This document shows, piece by piece, positions 51,613-64,000 of a stretch of DNA of 64,000 bases (the first letter of the stretch is position 1; each line of letters starts with the position of its first letter). A program made the translations under genes and the position numbers. Source of the DNA: Trichoplax adhaerens (lineage: Eukaryota > Animalia > Placozoa). The notes beneath the pieces are model-generated. The model worked only from the letters and a program-made list of their open reading frames with translations. It had not been told where the DNA came from and ran no database searches. The stretch lies in the NCBI RefSeq assembly GCF_000150275.1, contig NW_002060948.1, positions 5,130,336 to 5,194,335 on the forward strand, written 5' to 3'.

Positions 51613-52538
51613 AGGGCCGAAATAATATTGAAATCTTCACAAGAAGCTCAAGCAGTTACCGGCTATAATTGCGATTAGTAGGTATACGAGTAGATAAGGA
51701 TAAGGGTCGAAATATTGTTAAAATCTTCACAAGAAGCTCAAGCAGTTACCGGCTATAATTGCGATTATTCAGTATACGAGTAGATAAGGATAAGGGTCGA
51801 AATATTGTTGAAATCTTCACAAGAAGCTCAAGCAGTCACCGACTATAATTGCGATTACTCGGTATACGAGTACATAAGGATAAGGGTCGAAATATTGTTG
51901 AAATCTTCACAAGAAGCTCAAGAAGTTACCGGCTATAATTGCGATTACTCGGTATACGAGTAGATAAAGATAAGGGTCGAAATATTGTTGAAATCTTCAC
52001 AAGAAGCTCAAGAAGTTACCGGCTATAATTGCGATTAGTAGGTATACGAGTAGATAAGGATAAGGGTCGAAATATTGTTAAAATCTTCACAAGAAGCTCA
52101 AGAAGTTACCGGCTATAATTGCGATTATTCAGTATACGAGTACATAAGGATAAGGGCCGAAATATTGTTGAAATCTTCACAAGAAGCTCAAGAAGTTACC
52201 GGCTATAATTGCGATTAGTAGGTATACGAGTAGATAAGGATAAGGGTCGAAATATTGTTGAAACCTTTACAAGAAGCTCAAGCAGTTACCGGCTATAATT
52301 GCGATTACTCGGTATACGAGTACATAAGGATAAGGGTCGAAATATTGTTAAAATCTTCGTAAGAAGCTCAAGCAGTTACCGGCTATAATTGCGATTACTC
52401 AGTATACGAGTACATAAAGGATAAGGGTCGAAATATTGTTAAAATCCTAAAAGAAGCTTAAGCAGCCACCGACTATAATTGCGATTACTCGGTATACGAG
52501 TATATAAGGATAAGGGTCGAAATATTGTTAAAATCCTA
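51613..52538. repeat. 90-bp tandem array, ~10 copies
   Basis: The unit gaaatattgttgaaatcttcacaagaagctcaagcagttaccggctataattgcgattactcggtatacgagtagataaggataagggtc repeats at a 90-bp period with high identity. Confidence 0.97.
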
Positions 52539-54652
52539 AGATAAGTTTAAGTCATAAATAATGTTTCTACGAAATTGTTGGCCTTCTTTATATCATTATT
52601 CTATACATACAGTGGAAAATGCTGCATAGACCAACTTCGAGGTTTGTCTGTAACTGCAATATTCGGTATGCCTAGTAATCATGATTTCAAGCCGGTACAT
52701 ACTCATATATATGTGAACTTGATGAATGACGGAAGCATCTGCAGTGACTACAGTACAGTTAATTAGTAAAGTCTGGATTGCATATTCGCCAAAAAGAAAC
52801 AGAAGAGCAGCAATAAACATTGATATAATTACACGGTAGTTAACAGTCGTTGGAAGTAACAGGTTCTAAACGTGCGAAATAACACATGATAACTTTCCAC
52901 AGTGTGAACTGATTATGCTCTCTTAACTACGAGATCAATGGAGGTAAAGTACCATAACAGAAAACCGTATCTACTGTATTTACGTTGATCATAAGTTAAA
53001 AGTGACTGTTATTAGTCTGTGGTATCGGCTCGACACGACTAGCTTTTAGACTGCTGTTGAGATGGAAGGAAATGCTAAAGATGATGTAGCTAGAGTTCAT
53101 TTTGAACACGGACGTGTACACAAACGCTCGACTGTGTCGCTACGGCACAATTTAAATAATTTACCTAATACAACATTTTATACCGCATGTAATCTATCTG
53201 TATTCCTGCTGGTGCAAAGTTGATCGTCTGCAAGATAATCACAACTACTTTAGTAGTAAAAACTTGATGGGAAATGAATATAGAACCTTTGCACATCATC
53301 AAAGATTTCGAAATTAATTTTAAATTACGATTCACTGGGTATGTATATTGCTCAACAGTAAAGACTACATTTTATCTAATACTTGTGCACAAATTTTATG
53401 ATTATTGCAACTCTTTTACTTATTTACAGTTCAATCATATAAAATAACAAGTAGGCAATGTTGTCCTGTACGTAGCAAATATCAGTTTGTTAATTTATTG
53501 ATTTCAAATGCGACCATAATTTCAATTAGTCATATATTAGATTCATCACTGAGAGTGAAGTACTTTATAGCTACGACAAAATGATTATCTTTTGTTCAAT
53601 TTTACATCCACATAAGCGTGTATTACTTTACAAAGCGTCACGATTGATGCAATATTACAGGGATTAAGATCGTATCCGCTTTCAATCCTGGATGACAAAA
53701 ATCGCAATCTTCACAATATTTAAATAACTTACACAAATTTCCAATCACAACATGTATGACATGTTCCCATGATGTGAATACAATGTGAAACCAATCTCAA
53801 CGTATTTTGGTCTTCGACCCATCAGAGTCAAGCTAAGACAGAAATATCAATATTCTAGCATATATTAATCACGATATGTTCGATAGATATCTATAGCTCG
53901 ATCGATACTAGTTGGTCAGATATGCGATTATCGTAATGAGCTGATAAGTGCCCTAGCCAAATGTGCTCAATTTAACTTTTATAATAGATGTTATCATGCC
54001 GTATAAAATAAACTAGTATGTTACAAGGTAGATGGAAAGCCTCATCAGATGGGGGAAAAAAATGTTCTCCTAGCCAAGCTTAGTAAAGCTAGCATGATTA
54101 ACTCCTATTATTACGAGTATGACTATAAAGCGTATGCTTACAAATGACATTGGTATAGGTTTATATTACTGCTGATTTAACTGTTGAGTGTAAATGTAGA
54201 TATTGCAAGTGTAAAAGACCAGTTAATTCTTTAGAATGGTATCCATTATAATCGCTAAAACTTATAATTTTCAATACAAAAGATCATCCTTAATACAGTA
54301 TACCACATTACATCATTTGTAAGAGTTGGTTAAATCTTTTATGTGCGACTACTCCCTTTGTTAATACTGATAACCAAGTGAATATTCAAAATTTTGTATT
54401 ACTTATTAATAGTGAATTTCTTAATTCTGCTTTATTGATTTATAATACCAAATTAGCATCAACGGTTACTTCTTCGATATTGACGAGTTAGTTTTCGATT
54501 AGTGGCCTATACATAAACACCACAATAAGATCAAAGGCGCGTTAGAAGTAAATTGTTGATACTTTTGTAATCTATATTTACCGTTAATAGATACTGCCAT
54601 TTACCGTAATAAAGAAAGAAAAATATTCGACAATTTTATAGAACAGATAAAC

Positions 54653-57600
54653 CTACGTATTATTCCAATAATGTACACTAGGTTTTCGGAGCATCTTCAT
54701 AACATGGCTGCGTATTTTGAGGGCTGGGCCAAGCTTTATATTCATGGTAGATAACATATGATTTTCGTTCAGTAGTGATAATGCCTCACCACAAATTTCA
54801 TGCTCTCGGAAGATATTTGCAATTTCATCCGATGATAAGATTTGTGACACAAAATTATAAACATCATCTACATCCCAGTCCGCTAAAGGTTTTAAGTTTT
54901 TTACTAAAAGTAAAAAGAACAAAACCATTAGAAATTGAGTACATTACTTTGCTAATAAGATTTTTATTCTAATAGCCTACAAAGCTAAGTAAAAGCTTTA
55001 TCATCAGATACAATAATCGTGAAAGAGACTTTATTACATGACTCTACATTCTCTTGTATTGTATGACATACTTTCAAAATTTTCTGCATTGCTGTTATGA
55101 GGACTTAAGCTGTGTAAAGAAGGAGGTACATTTCGACAATACTGTTTAGAAGTAGATAAGGAATCATGTGAGTTGGAAGACTTTATACTGTTTGGCCGAT
55201 CTAAAATTGTCAATAAGACGAAAAAATTAGTCAAGACTATATTTAAACTTGAGAAATATGGAATGTTCCACATAATTGACAAGCTAGATAATATTTTCCT
55301 CATCTTACCATCAATATCTGATCTCATTATTGAGCGAATTTTCGGCGGTGACGGAAATTGTTCAATATGCCTTCCAGATGAGCAGGCCTTGTTATCATTA
55401 TTATAAAATTTAGGAGGTTTTCTGTGATTTACAAATTCATGTCTATTTGTTTCTAAATTTGGCTGCTTGTTGATTATAAACGAATCCGAGGCAATCTTTG
55501 CAGCCTTGCGAGGAATAGTATTCTTCCTATTTTTATTTCTCATATGCGAATGGCCCATGATACTTGCAGAAGGGCTGTCAGTGTTAGGTTTATTCATTAT
55601 CGTAATTCGTCGAAGGTTAATTCCTGGTGGAGATGTGGGCGCGTGGGTAGGTTTTGTTGTCTGTTAAGAGTACATAAAAGTGCGTTATCATCTAATGATT
55701 GAATTTTATCATGTTTATACGGAGCATTAGAGTTAAACACTCCAGAAAACTTCCATTACTTAAAGTCTGTAAATATCGGGAAATGACAGAATTAGTACTC
55801 TACACATACGACCGTAAATCAATTCGAAGCTTTACATCAACTTACAAATTAAAACGTCCTATTGTAAACATATATGAAATGTGTGGATTGTCGGTGTAGT
55901 GTATTAAATAATTCATTTTAAGGCAAACGAAATTAAATGCCTATTTTTTTATTGATCATTCATCCTATGAGCAAAGGATGATAAACACAACCAAGGTATT
56001 GTGTTATATGCAGTATAGATCTGATTATTATCTTGATAGCTGTTATCACTTTTACTCAGCGATACAAATTAAAAATAATGCAACCATTACGTTAATGGTA
56101 TACATCACAAACCCATGAGAGCTCTGTAATTTATGAATTTTGTAATGCGAAATGAATATGAAAACTGATCAATGAATATTCTCTTCGGAGTCTATGTCTA
56201 AAGACCCTGCATGACGGTTTAAAAATAATAACACGTAAATGAAAATCTATAATACTTAGATGATTGTAATGATAAATTTTAAAGGATTCTATAAATATTA
56301 CATCGTCATCGAAAATTGATAAAAGAATAATTATTCAACACAAATACTACGACGATTATTGAACTTTAGTGTCCATTTTTATCGATGTGACGTAGATTTA
56401 ATTACGCCCCTAATTTAACTCTTATCAGTAAAGATAGAAACCTTATATTAGACTGGACACTACATCCTTGAAGAATTCTACAAGTCTGATTATTAACACT
56501 TCTGCAATTAGCCAGCGGTAGCAAATACTATAGAATATAGTGTAGTACATTATACAAAGCAGAGACTGATCAGGTCTAGGCTAATAAACTACGTAATTAC
56601 ATCAACTTGATGAAAGGAATGTATGGTATATGTCCGAAACGCAGCCTACCAGGTTAACGGGTTAGCGCTATTAGCGTTATAGTAATGGGAACAAGTGAGA
56701 GGAATAAAACAGTTTAAAACGGTTTTAAATAAAAAAATAGAAAATTTCACATAGGCTTTATAGCATGTGCAATAAATGTAATCACAGTAGGCTTGTTCGT
56801 GTCATTATGTTAAGATATCGATGTATGAATATGACTTTGATCGCGCCGTTCTTATTCAACGTTATCGTTGAACTTTTATTACAGAGGTCCAAGTGATACG
56901 AAGTAGTGTACTCGATTACGCGTAAAATGCAGGCTTAGCAATGGCAATAAAACTAAGCAAGACGCTGGCAAATTTTGGCTTTAGATGTTTGCAAATAGGT
57001 TTTCTCCGTTTATGAAACCCAATAGAGCTTTCCAAAATATCGTTCGTCTATTCATTAGATTGGTTGTTACTAATGCATTATTACTGATGTATTTGCAACT
57101 GTATCGACTATGGTGAACATACACACTCAGTAGCCCATTGCATTCTACTACCATCATACCCAATGACCGTGCCATCATGCAAATCAAAATCAAAATCAAT
57201 GACACAGCCGTTTTTACACCCATTTGAAACGTTTGTACGGTAACAAAATGCATTGCACTCCCCCTCAATTCAGTATAGAAGTATCCATTTTTAGACTATG
57301 GTATAAAACAAGCTGAAGAAGAGAATGATGGAAAATGATTGTTGTTGATACCGCCTCAATTTGTATCTCTAGTTTGCACCAAGATGAATATTGGAACGCA
57401 ATTTGCGCTATTAGCCAAATTGTGCGACTTGTGTCTAACAAGGTTGGTGCAGTCATATCTCATAATATGATTGATTAGCTTGCTGTTATGAATGTATATT
57501 GCGTATACAAATACAAGTAGGGTTTGAATTATTGTACATGATGGACAAATGATTACAGTAATGAAATAAGAATTGCCGACAAGTTTTTACCCCCCCTCAT

Positions 57601-59165
57601 AAATCCCCCAAAATGCTCAAGTTTGTTACGCACTATTAGTGTACGTACTAGTCCCGAGGGCAAACTGGTTGGGTACAGTAGAGTATAGCGAAGCGTACGC
57701 GATTGACTTCAATTTCTGACAATGCGCTGTACCGACTTGTACAGTATGGACAGAAGATGAGTGAATACTGTAGAACTTGTATTAGAATCATTCTTGACGG
57801 CATTGCTTATACCATAATTATGTAATTATTTTTTCATTTTTTTTTTCCGGGACTGTGCTCCACCAGTCAAAGCCCTGCCGCACACCATTACACCAAAGGT
57901 GGTGCGATTTATCGGCCCACTGCAAGCTTGCGCTCCTTTGCTTGACAGTCTATGACTGCACCGGACGTTGATCCTCTTGACATAAAATCGCACCGTCTGA
58001 CCGTATTTCCTTTTACTGACACAGTATGCTCGATTTTACCCTTTACCGTACGTACTGTAAGCCAGTAGACGGTCGTAGGGTAGAATGCGGCGGTAGCATT
58101 CCATCCGTCGTTGGTCCATCAGCAGCGGCAATAATGACGGCGAAAGCAGTCTGGTGTACTCACTACTACTCAGGTGGACAGTATGGATTAATCGTGCCTA
58201 GACTCGTACTGACCAAACATCGCCGACTACAGTATGGGATGCTGGTCGACAGTGCATTGTACTGCCGAGACTACAGTCAATGCACTGTAAGAGGGCCGCA
58301 GTCGGAAATTCATCTTGACAATACAGTACCGGTACAATAGCAATACAATACAGTCGAATCAAGGAGAGAAGAGACTGCACGAATGGCGTTACGACGTCAC
58401 GACCAGTTAGCGCACTCAAAGTGAACAATAGCTGAAATGTCGATGGTGGAAAATCACACTTTTCTCCAATTTCTCAAGTCAAATTAGACGTGGTAAAGAG
58501 ACGCTGTGAAAATGTAGCTGCTACAATCGATCATTATTGCAATCTCCATCATATGCATACAGTTGGACTGACTGCTGTATGGATACAATGGATAGTTGTA
58601 AAACAAACATGCTTACCATTTTACTTCCCAGTGATTCATCTTCTATTGATAATAAACCAGCTTCGGCATACTTCTTTAACGGTCGTCCACGATAGCGAAT
58701 GCTACGTTTCCAATTTTTCGTCGTTTGCTTGCCACTAATGCGTTGAAATTCGTTGGGTGTTATCCATGCATTTTGAAAATAAATACATGAGCCTTTATTA
58801 CCGCGATACATCTTGGATAAATCTAATACCCCATGATTTTTACCGCATGTTACATTCAATTTAGCATTTCTGTTTATTGGAGTCATATCGTCGCCTGTGA
58901 CGTCGTTCGTATTAAGTAAATACTCGTTCGTCTCATCTTCCTTGCCTGAGATGTTTGCACTTTTTTCGCTCTCCATCTTCACTTGAATATACGATTGAGA
59001 GTGTGTACCACTAGCCGTTTCATGATCATAATCTTCGTTGAGTTCAGTATCATTGAGAAGTATATTGGAAGGCGACGAATTATGCGTCACCGCCATACTA
59101 CCACCAGTCGTAAAAATCACTTCGTTACCAACGTCGCTGCTCATAATTGTCGCTGTAGATGGCAT
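54653..59165 (-). CDS. SAND + Polyhomeotic-type SAM domain protein (SAMD11/SAMD7-like)
   Basis: Exon 59165-58617 encodes the SAND domain (LNVTCGKNHGVL..CIYFQNAWITPNEFQRISGKQTTKNWKRSIRYRGRPL). Exons 55660-55309 and 55200-55048 follow. Exon 54903-54653 encodes the SAM domain (WDVDDVYNFV..FREHEICGEALSLLNENHMLSTMNIKLGPALKIR). Splice phases are compatible. Confidence 0.85.
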
Positions 59166-61397
59166 CAAAGTTGCCTTCGGTGTACGTTAAAGCTACCCGT
59201 ACTTTAACCGGCAGTAGTGAACGAATTGCAGATACAAAGGTGGCAAGAACAGCTTGCACAATACGCTATAGCACAGCCAATGCCCAACCTTCACTTCCAC
59301 ACAGCGAAAATGAGACTTGTGATTTAACAACCTTCACTCGTGCGATATAAGCTTGCGAAAATCTCCCAGCGTGCAAGAACGAATCCACTAACTTACAGTA
59401 TGCACTTCTACACTACAGTACCGTACTGCAGCAGCTGCAGTCACATCGCTAGTCAGCACTTCCAAGTTCAGTCTAAGGATTGATACATAAATACACGCAC
59501 ATGGGCAATACTGTAAGCACAATACAATACTTGCGTGGTACAGTACAGTACTCTACCGTACGTACGGTAGAGTAAAGTGGACTGTACACTGTACAGTATG
59601 TACTGTACTGTACTGTATGGCTGTCCATGTTGTTATTAGACCCAAATAAATTTTTGAATACGGCAGGTAAAAAAAAAAAAAAATAATAAATTACATCAAT
59701 AAAAATAGACGGCTGGCAAGATTACTATGTTGCTTATCCACTTCGACACCACTAACCCACTGACCTAAACGGATGTAGACTCGCATAGCCAGTTGGCTAT
59801 GATCTTTAAAATCTGTTGTTCTGTTCTGACTGTGCCGTACAGTACAGCAGTTACGTAGTGATGTGGATATTAGCATATTAATAATTAATTAAAATAAAAT
59901 AAAATAAAAGAAAATCAGCTTTGCACATGTTGATTACCGTATCGAACGGAACAAAGTTGCCGACTTTTATTAGTTCTACACTACATTATACCAACTAGTG
60001 TATATACATACAGCTTTGCCCGACGCTGGCAATATCATTAATTAATTAAACAGTTTTTTTTATAAAAATTGATTAGCAAGCGAATTTGCTATCAGACGAT
60101 ATCTTACGAAGTTGGAAATTCAAATATCTCCCTTACCTTAAAGTAAGAACAAAATAAAATAGAATAAATCCAATTTAGTAAGTCCCTAGATTTCCAATTT
60201 TGGAAGACTCGTAATAGCTACAGTACAAAGTATACCGTCAAATCCTTGTAATAAAGGAGTATGCGCAGATTGGTGTCTTCACTCTTGTACTGTGCTACGG
60301 TAAGGACGTCGCCCAACTCTACTGTACCAATAGGATTTGTTTGGAGCACATACGCAGTTCAAATGTCGATTTCTTAACACTACTTATGCTGCCATCGTTA
60401 CGGAACTTTTGTGTTTATCTTTTCAATTAATGAAAGGCATGTAAAACTAGACTGATAATAATAATTGATAGGGAACATTAATCATCAACACAGTACTGCA
60501 TAATGAATACGTATACCTACTGTACTGTACACTGACGAAATAATCGATGGAGTTCACGTTCCGTAAAATGTGGACTTGACGCTTATTTTACGAAATTGAA
60601 TTTACAGATAGCTAGTACGAGCCAACTGTAGCTTACCCTCTAAAATGATTCATTTTAATTTTCGAAGTAATACCTGGTCATTTTAGTCCAGCTTATTGCC
60701 CTCAGGAAAGTACAGTAGTCATAATTAAGAATAATGATTGAGCCTGTTTCAAGTAGATACTATCTTCTGTCATTGACATATCGCAGGAGTAATCAATCAG
60801 GCACGATGAAGAAATGATTCAGGATTAGAATACGATTATTGCGAACGCATAACAACAAGAGGGATCATCGTATAGATAGTCCATCTAGTATTGGTTTTCG
60901 TGTGTGTGTGCATGGTACAGCAAAGAACCACCTTACTACACTACGTATACTCTGCAACCAGTGCTTCCTATTGCAGGATGCTGTAGTAATCATTATCCTT
61001 GTCTAGTTTACATGCTCAGTAACTAGGGTAGTGTTACTGCAACATGTTAGTGATGTCACATTATACAAAAAATCAAATCAAATTCGAGAATTATCCAACA
61101 TCACATCAATGCCGAAAAAAATCAACACTGTACAGCACAATATGCACCCTCTCGTCAATTACGTACAGTATGCTGGTTACCCGAGCTTCTTAGTTGAGAA
61201 GTTTAAACTCTGTGCTTGCAACCTTGAGGCATACTGTACTTATTGCTAAATATTGGATGTGGTTCCAATCGAAATTGGAGAGCATCACTACTGTACATGT
61301 TGCAAAACAACTTGGAAATGCTACATTACGGTACTGTACAGTACATCTTTTACCTGTCTCTTCCATCAGCAGGATTGTACTGTACTGTAGATTGCTC

Positions 61398-61680
61398 CAG
61401 AGTTGGGTATCCGAACGATCTTCAGACGGATGAGACGGAACTCTACACACTCACACTGTACCGTACCGTACAGACGTAAAGTACTGTACTGTAAGCACTG
61501 TACTCTACAGTACTGTATTCACTGAGTTGATAGTGTAGAGTGACAGTGAAGCAGAGTTGGGTATCCGAACGATCTCCAGACGGACGAGACGGAACTCTGC
61601 ACAGTCATGCAGTACTGTACTGTACAGTACCGTACCATACAGACGTAAAGTACTGTAAGCACTGTACTGTACACTGTACC
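61398..61680. repeat. ~155-bp tandem duplication with TACAG-rich tails
   Basis: cagagttgggtatccgaacgatct.cagacgga.gagacggaactct occurs at 61398 and 61552. Confidence 0.85.
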
Positions 61681-64000
61681 GCAAGAAGCGATTTGCTCAT
61701 ACAATTTCTCGTATTCACTCAGTTGACACTTGACAGTACTGTACTGTACAGAGGGACAGTAAAGCAGAACTTTCTATCTTCCCGCCCTTCGCTGACGGGA
61801 TACAAACATTGGAGCAAGTTTCAGCGGACTTTTCCATGTTTCATTGACTCATTCTTGTAATTATCATGAGGTAAATATGAACTATCGCCTTGATGATCTT
61901 CTAGCATTAATCTTCTATGCTTAGTTATGCTTTAATCTATCATTTTACTGATATTGAATACTATCTGCACACTGTGCTACAAGCTCACCCTGGTAAGTGA
62001 TTTGGTTGTCAAGTTAAACATTGTCAATGACTAGACTTTTATTGTGGTAACGTGACTCACTACAAGCTTTTCATAGGCGAGTAAAATGACTGCCTAAATT
62101 CATGGGGTAACCAAGTACTTTCCAGTCCATTGCAGTGATTAATGGCGTCGTTTTAGATAGTAGGCGCTACATGCAGGGGCTACAAGACTCTCTTGGCACT
62201 AAGATGATGTATCTGCTTCATTAACTTTTACTTTTATTGATCAATGAATAGGCGAAGGTTAAAATGGACATTGTAGTTGAAAAATACAGCGCTGATGAGT
62301 CAAGAGAAGGTGTCTATCCGATCTTTCCTCTTATTTACTGTAGCATGCGATAGCACATACATCTTTATGGTGCTGAAAGATTGAGAAAAGAAATGAATAC
62401 TATATGACTGTACAACATATTGACTGTCAGTACCTGACAGTTCTGAATGGATACGAATATATCATAGCATAACATGGACAGCGTCATATTTTACCTCCAG
62501 TACAACACAGTCGTACCCTAGCGATACTTTTATAAGATATAAACACACCATGTAGTACGCAGTGTGCCATTCTTTTTACTTATCAACAGCGGGATGCAAT
62601 CTTAGGAATTTTATTTAGTCTCTGATACAAGTTGAAGATCCATAAATGATAACCAACTTGACACGGAACTTGTTGAATTGCAAAGTAGATTAAAATCGAG
62701 ATCCTATCGTACCATGCAGTAACTGTGTGAGAAAAGGGGTTGGTACTGTATTGTTGGTGACGACCTAGAAGCAATCATTTAAAATAGACTATGGTACAGT
62801 ACTGTAATTGCAATATACTCATGAAGATATCCGTATTCTTCGCTCTTGTCCTACGTTGATGCGGTGCGTGATAATTATGAACTTTATCTTAAGTAATGAT
62901 AATATACTTACTGAATGATTTCAATAATGTAACAACGATTCGATAACATCAACAGAGAAAATATTGGGTATGGGCTAAGGGGAGCTTACGCCAATCCAGC
63001 AATAGCAACGGACTATTTTTATTCAATTGTATTAGACATATCGACGTTTACTTTTTTTACCAACGTAGCATATAAATATGGAGGGTACGCGTAGGATCAT
63101 TTGAAGTTTGCTTCTCGTACAACCAAATAATGTTATCCTCTACTCCACTTATCTGTACAGGTTGTAGATGCATAAGTGTATATCAAAATCACTAGGTACC
63201 AACTACCAAGTTAATGAGGTGCGTTGAAACGATCGATGCAGTCATTTACAGGTGCTATCTTCTCGGAAGAGTGGATTAGTAAAGTATCAATGATATTAGG
63301 CATACCAAGATCGGATTATTTCTTTTTCAGTGTGGTCTATCTTAGCGAAACATATTAACAGATTTAGATTTATAAATCATCACCATGATGAATAAGGCTC
63401 ACAGTTCAAAATTGAATGCTTATAATGATTGTGGAATAGAAATGCTGAAAATACGCTTATATCTAGAGTCAATTATTGATTCCTTTTCCCTCCTATTCAC
63501 CTATGCCTTTACGTTTATATTGGCCATTTGCGAAAGTTGTAATAATATATTACAATGCCCTTGATAGGATAGCTGATCTATATCGTGTGTTGTAATTGCC
63601 ATGATTTTTTGCAACGGTATAAGCCTCTGATATATCCAATATGGAAATTGATGCTTTCGTGGGTTACTTAAATAACTTGTAATTCTAGAACTATAAATAC
63701 CATATTTTAAAAGAAACCTCAATACAAGATTAAACGCTTTGGATTAAACTTGGACCATTGTACCGTGTTTTGTATTGCATCGAATGATTATAGATAGCTT
63801 TCTTTGTAATGCCTAAGAAAATTTCATTTCAAGTTGTTCATTCTTCCGGATCAGAAGAGGGTTACTTACCGGGAGATTTAGAGGTATGTAAATATGCATA
63901 CTGTTTATAAACATATTACCTAGTTTGACAATTTAATAGCGATATGTTAATATAATTGCATGTACTTTAAAACATCTTAAGCTACTATACTATGAGAGGT

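Noticed and set aside
51620-52530. One in-frame TGA per repeat unit on the - strand (selenoprotein-like)
   Set aside because: No start context or SECIS element is recognisable, and a periodic stop is expected from any tandem repeat.
62100-63900. Exon-like fragments near the window end, including LQMILRVPSIFI, which recalls RNF145/TRC8
   Set aside because: The fragments could not be joined into a consistent open frame, and the similarity is too short to support a call.

Overview
AT-rich, gene-dense animal genomic DNA with short GT-AG introns. The style suggests an early-branching metazoan such as the placozoan Trichoplax, which is inference only. Exons were spliced by hand from the sequence. 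In order: SZRD1-like gene (-); two tandem anoctamin/TMEM16 paralogues (-) flanking a single-coding-exon SAP-WGR-PARP (PARP3-like) gene whose catalytic and DNA-sensing residues are all replaced; NIP7 (-); a composite minisatellite; a + strand gene for a ~338-aa basic protein ending in an SVBP-like helix; a 5S rRNA gene (-) head-to-head with an unidentified ~100-nt structured Pol III-type transcript candidate (+); a CD-type mannose-6-phosphate receptor (+); an orphan multi-exon gene (-); a 90-bp tandem array; and a SAND+SAM (SAMD11-like) gene (-). TACAG/CTGTA palindromic clusters mark promoter regions. There is one 50-N assembly gap at 18166-18215. The best leads are the candidate ncRNA, the pseudo-PARP, the long SVBP-domain protein and the Asp103-to-Lys CD-MPR.
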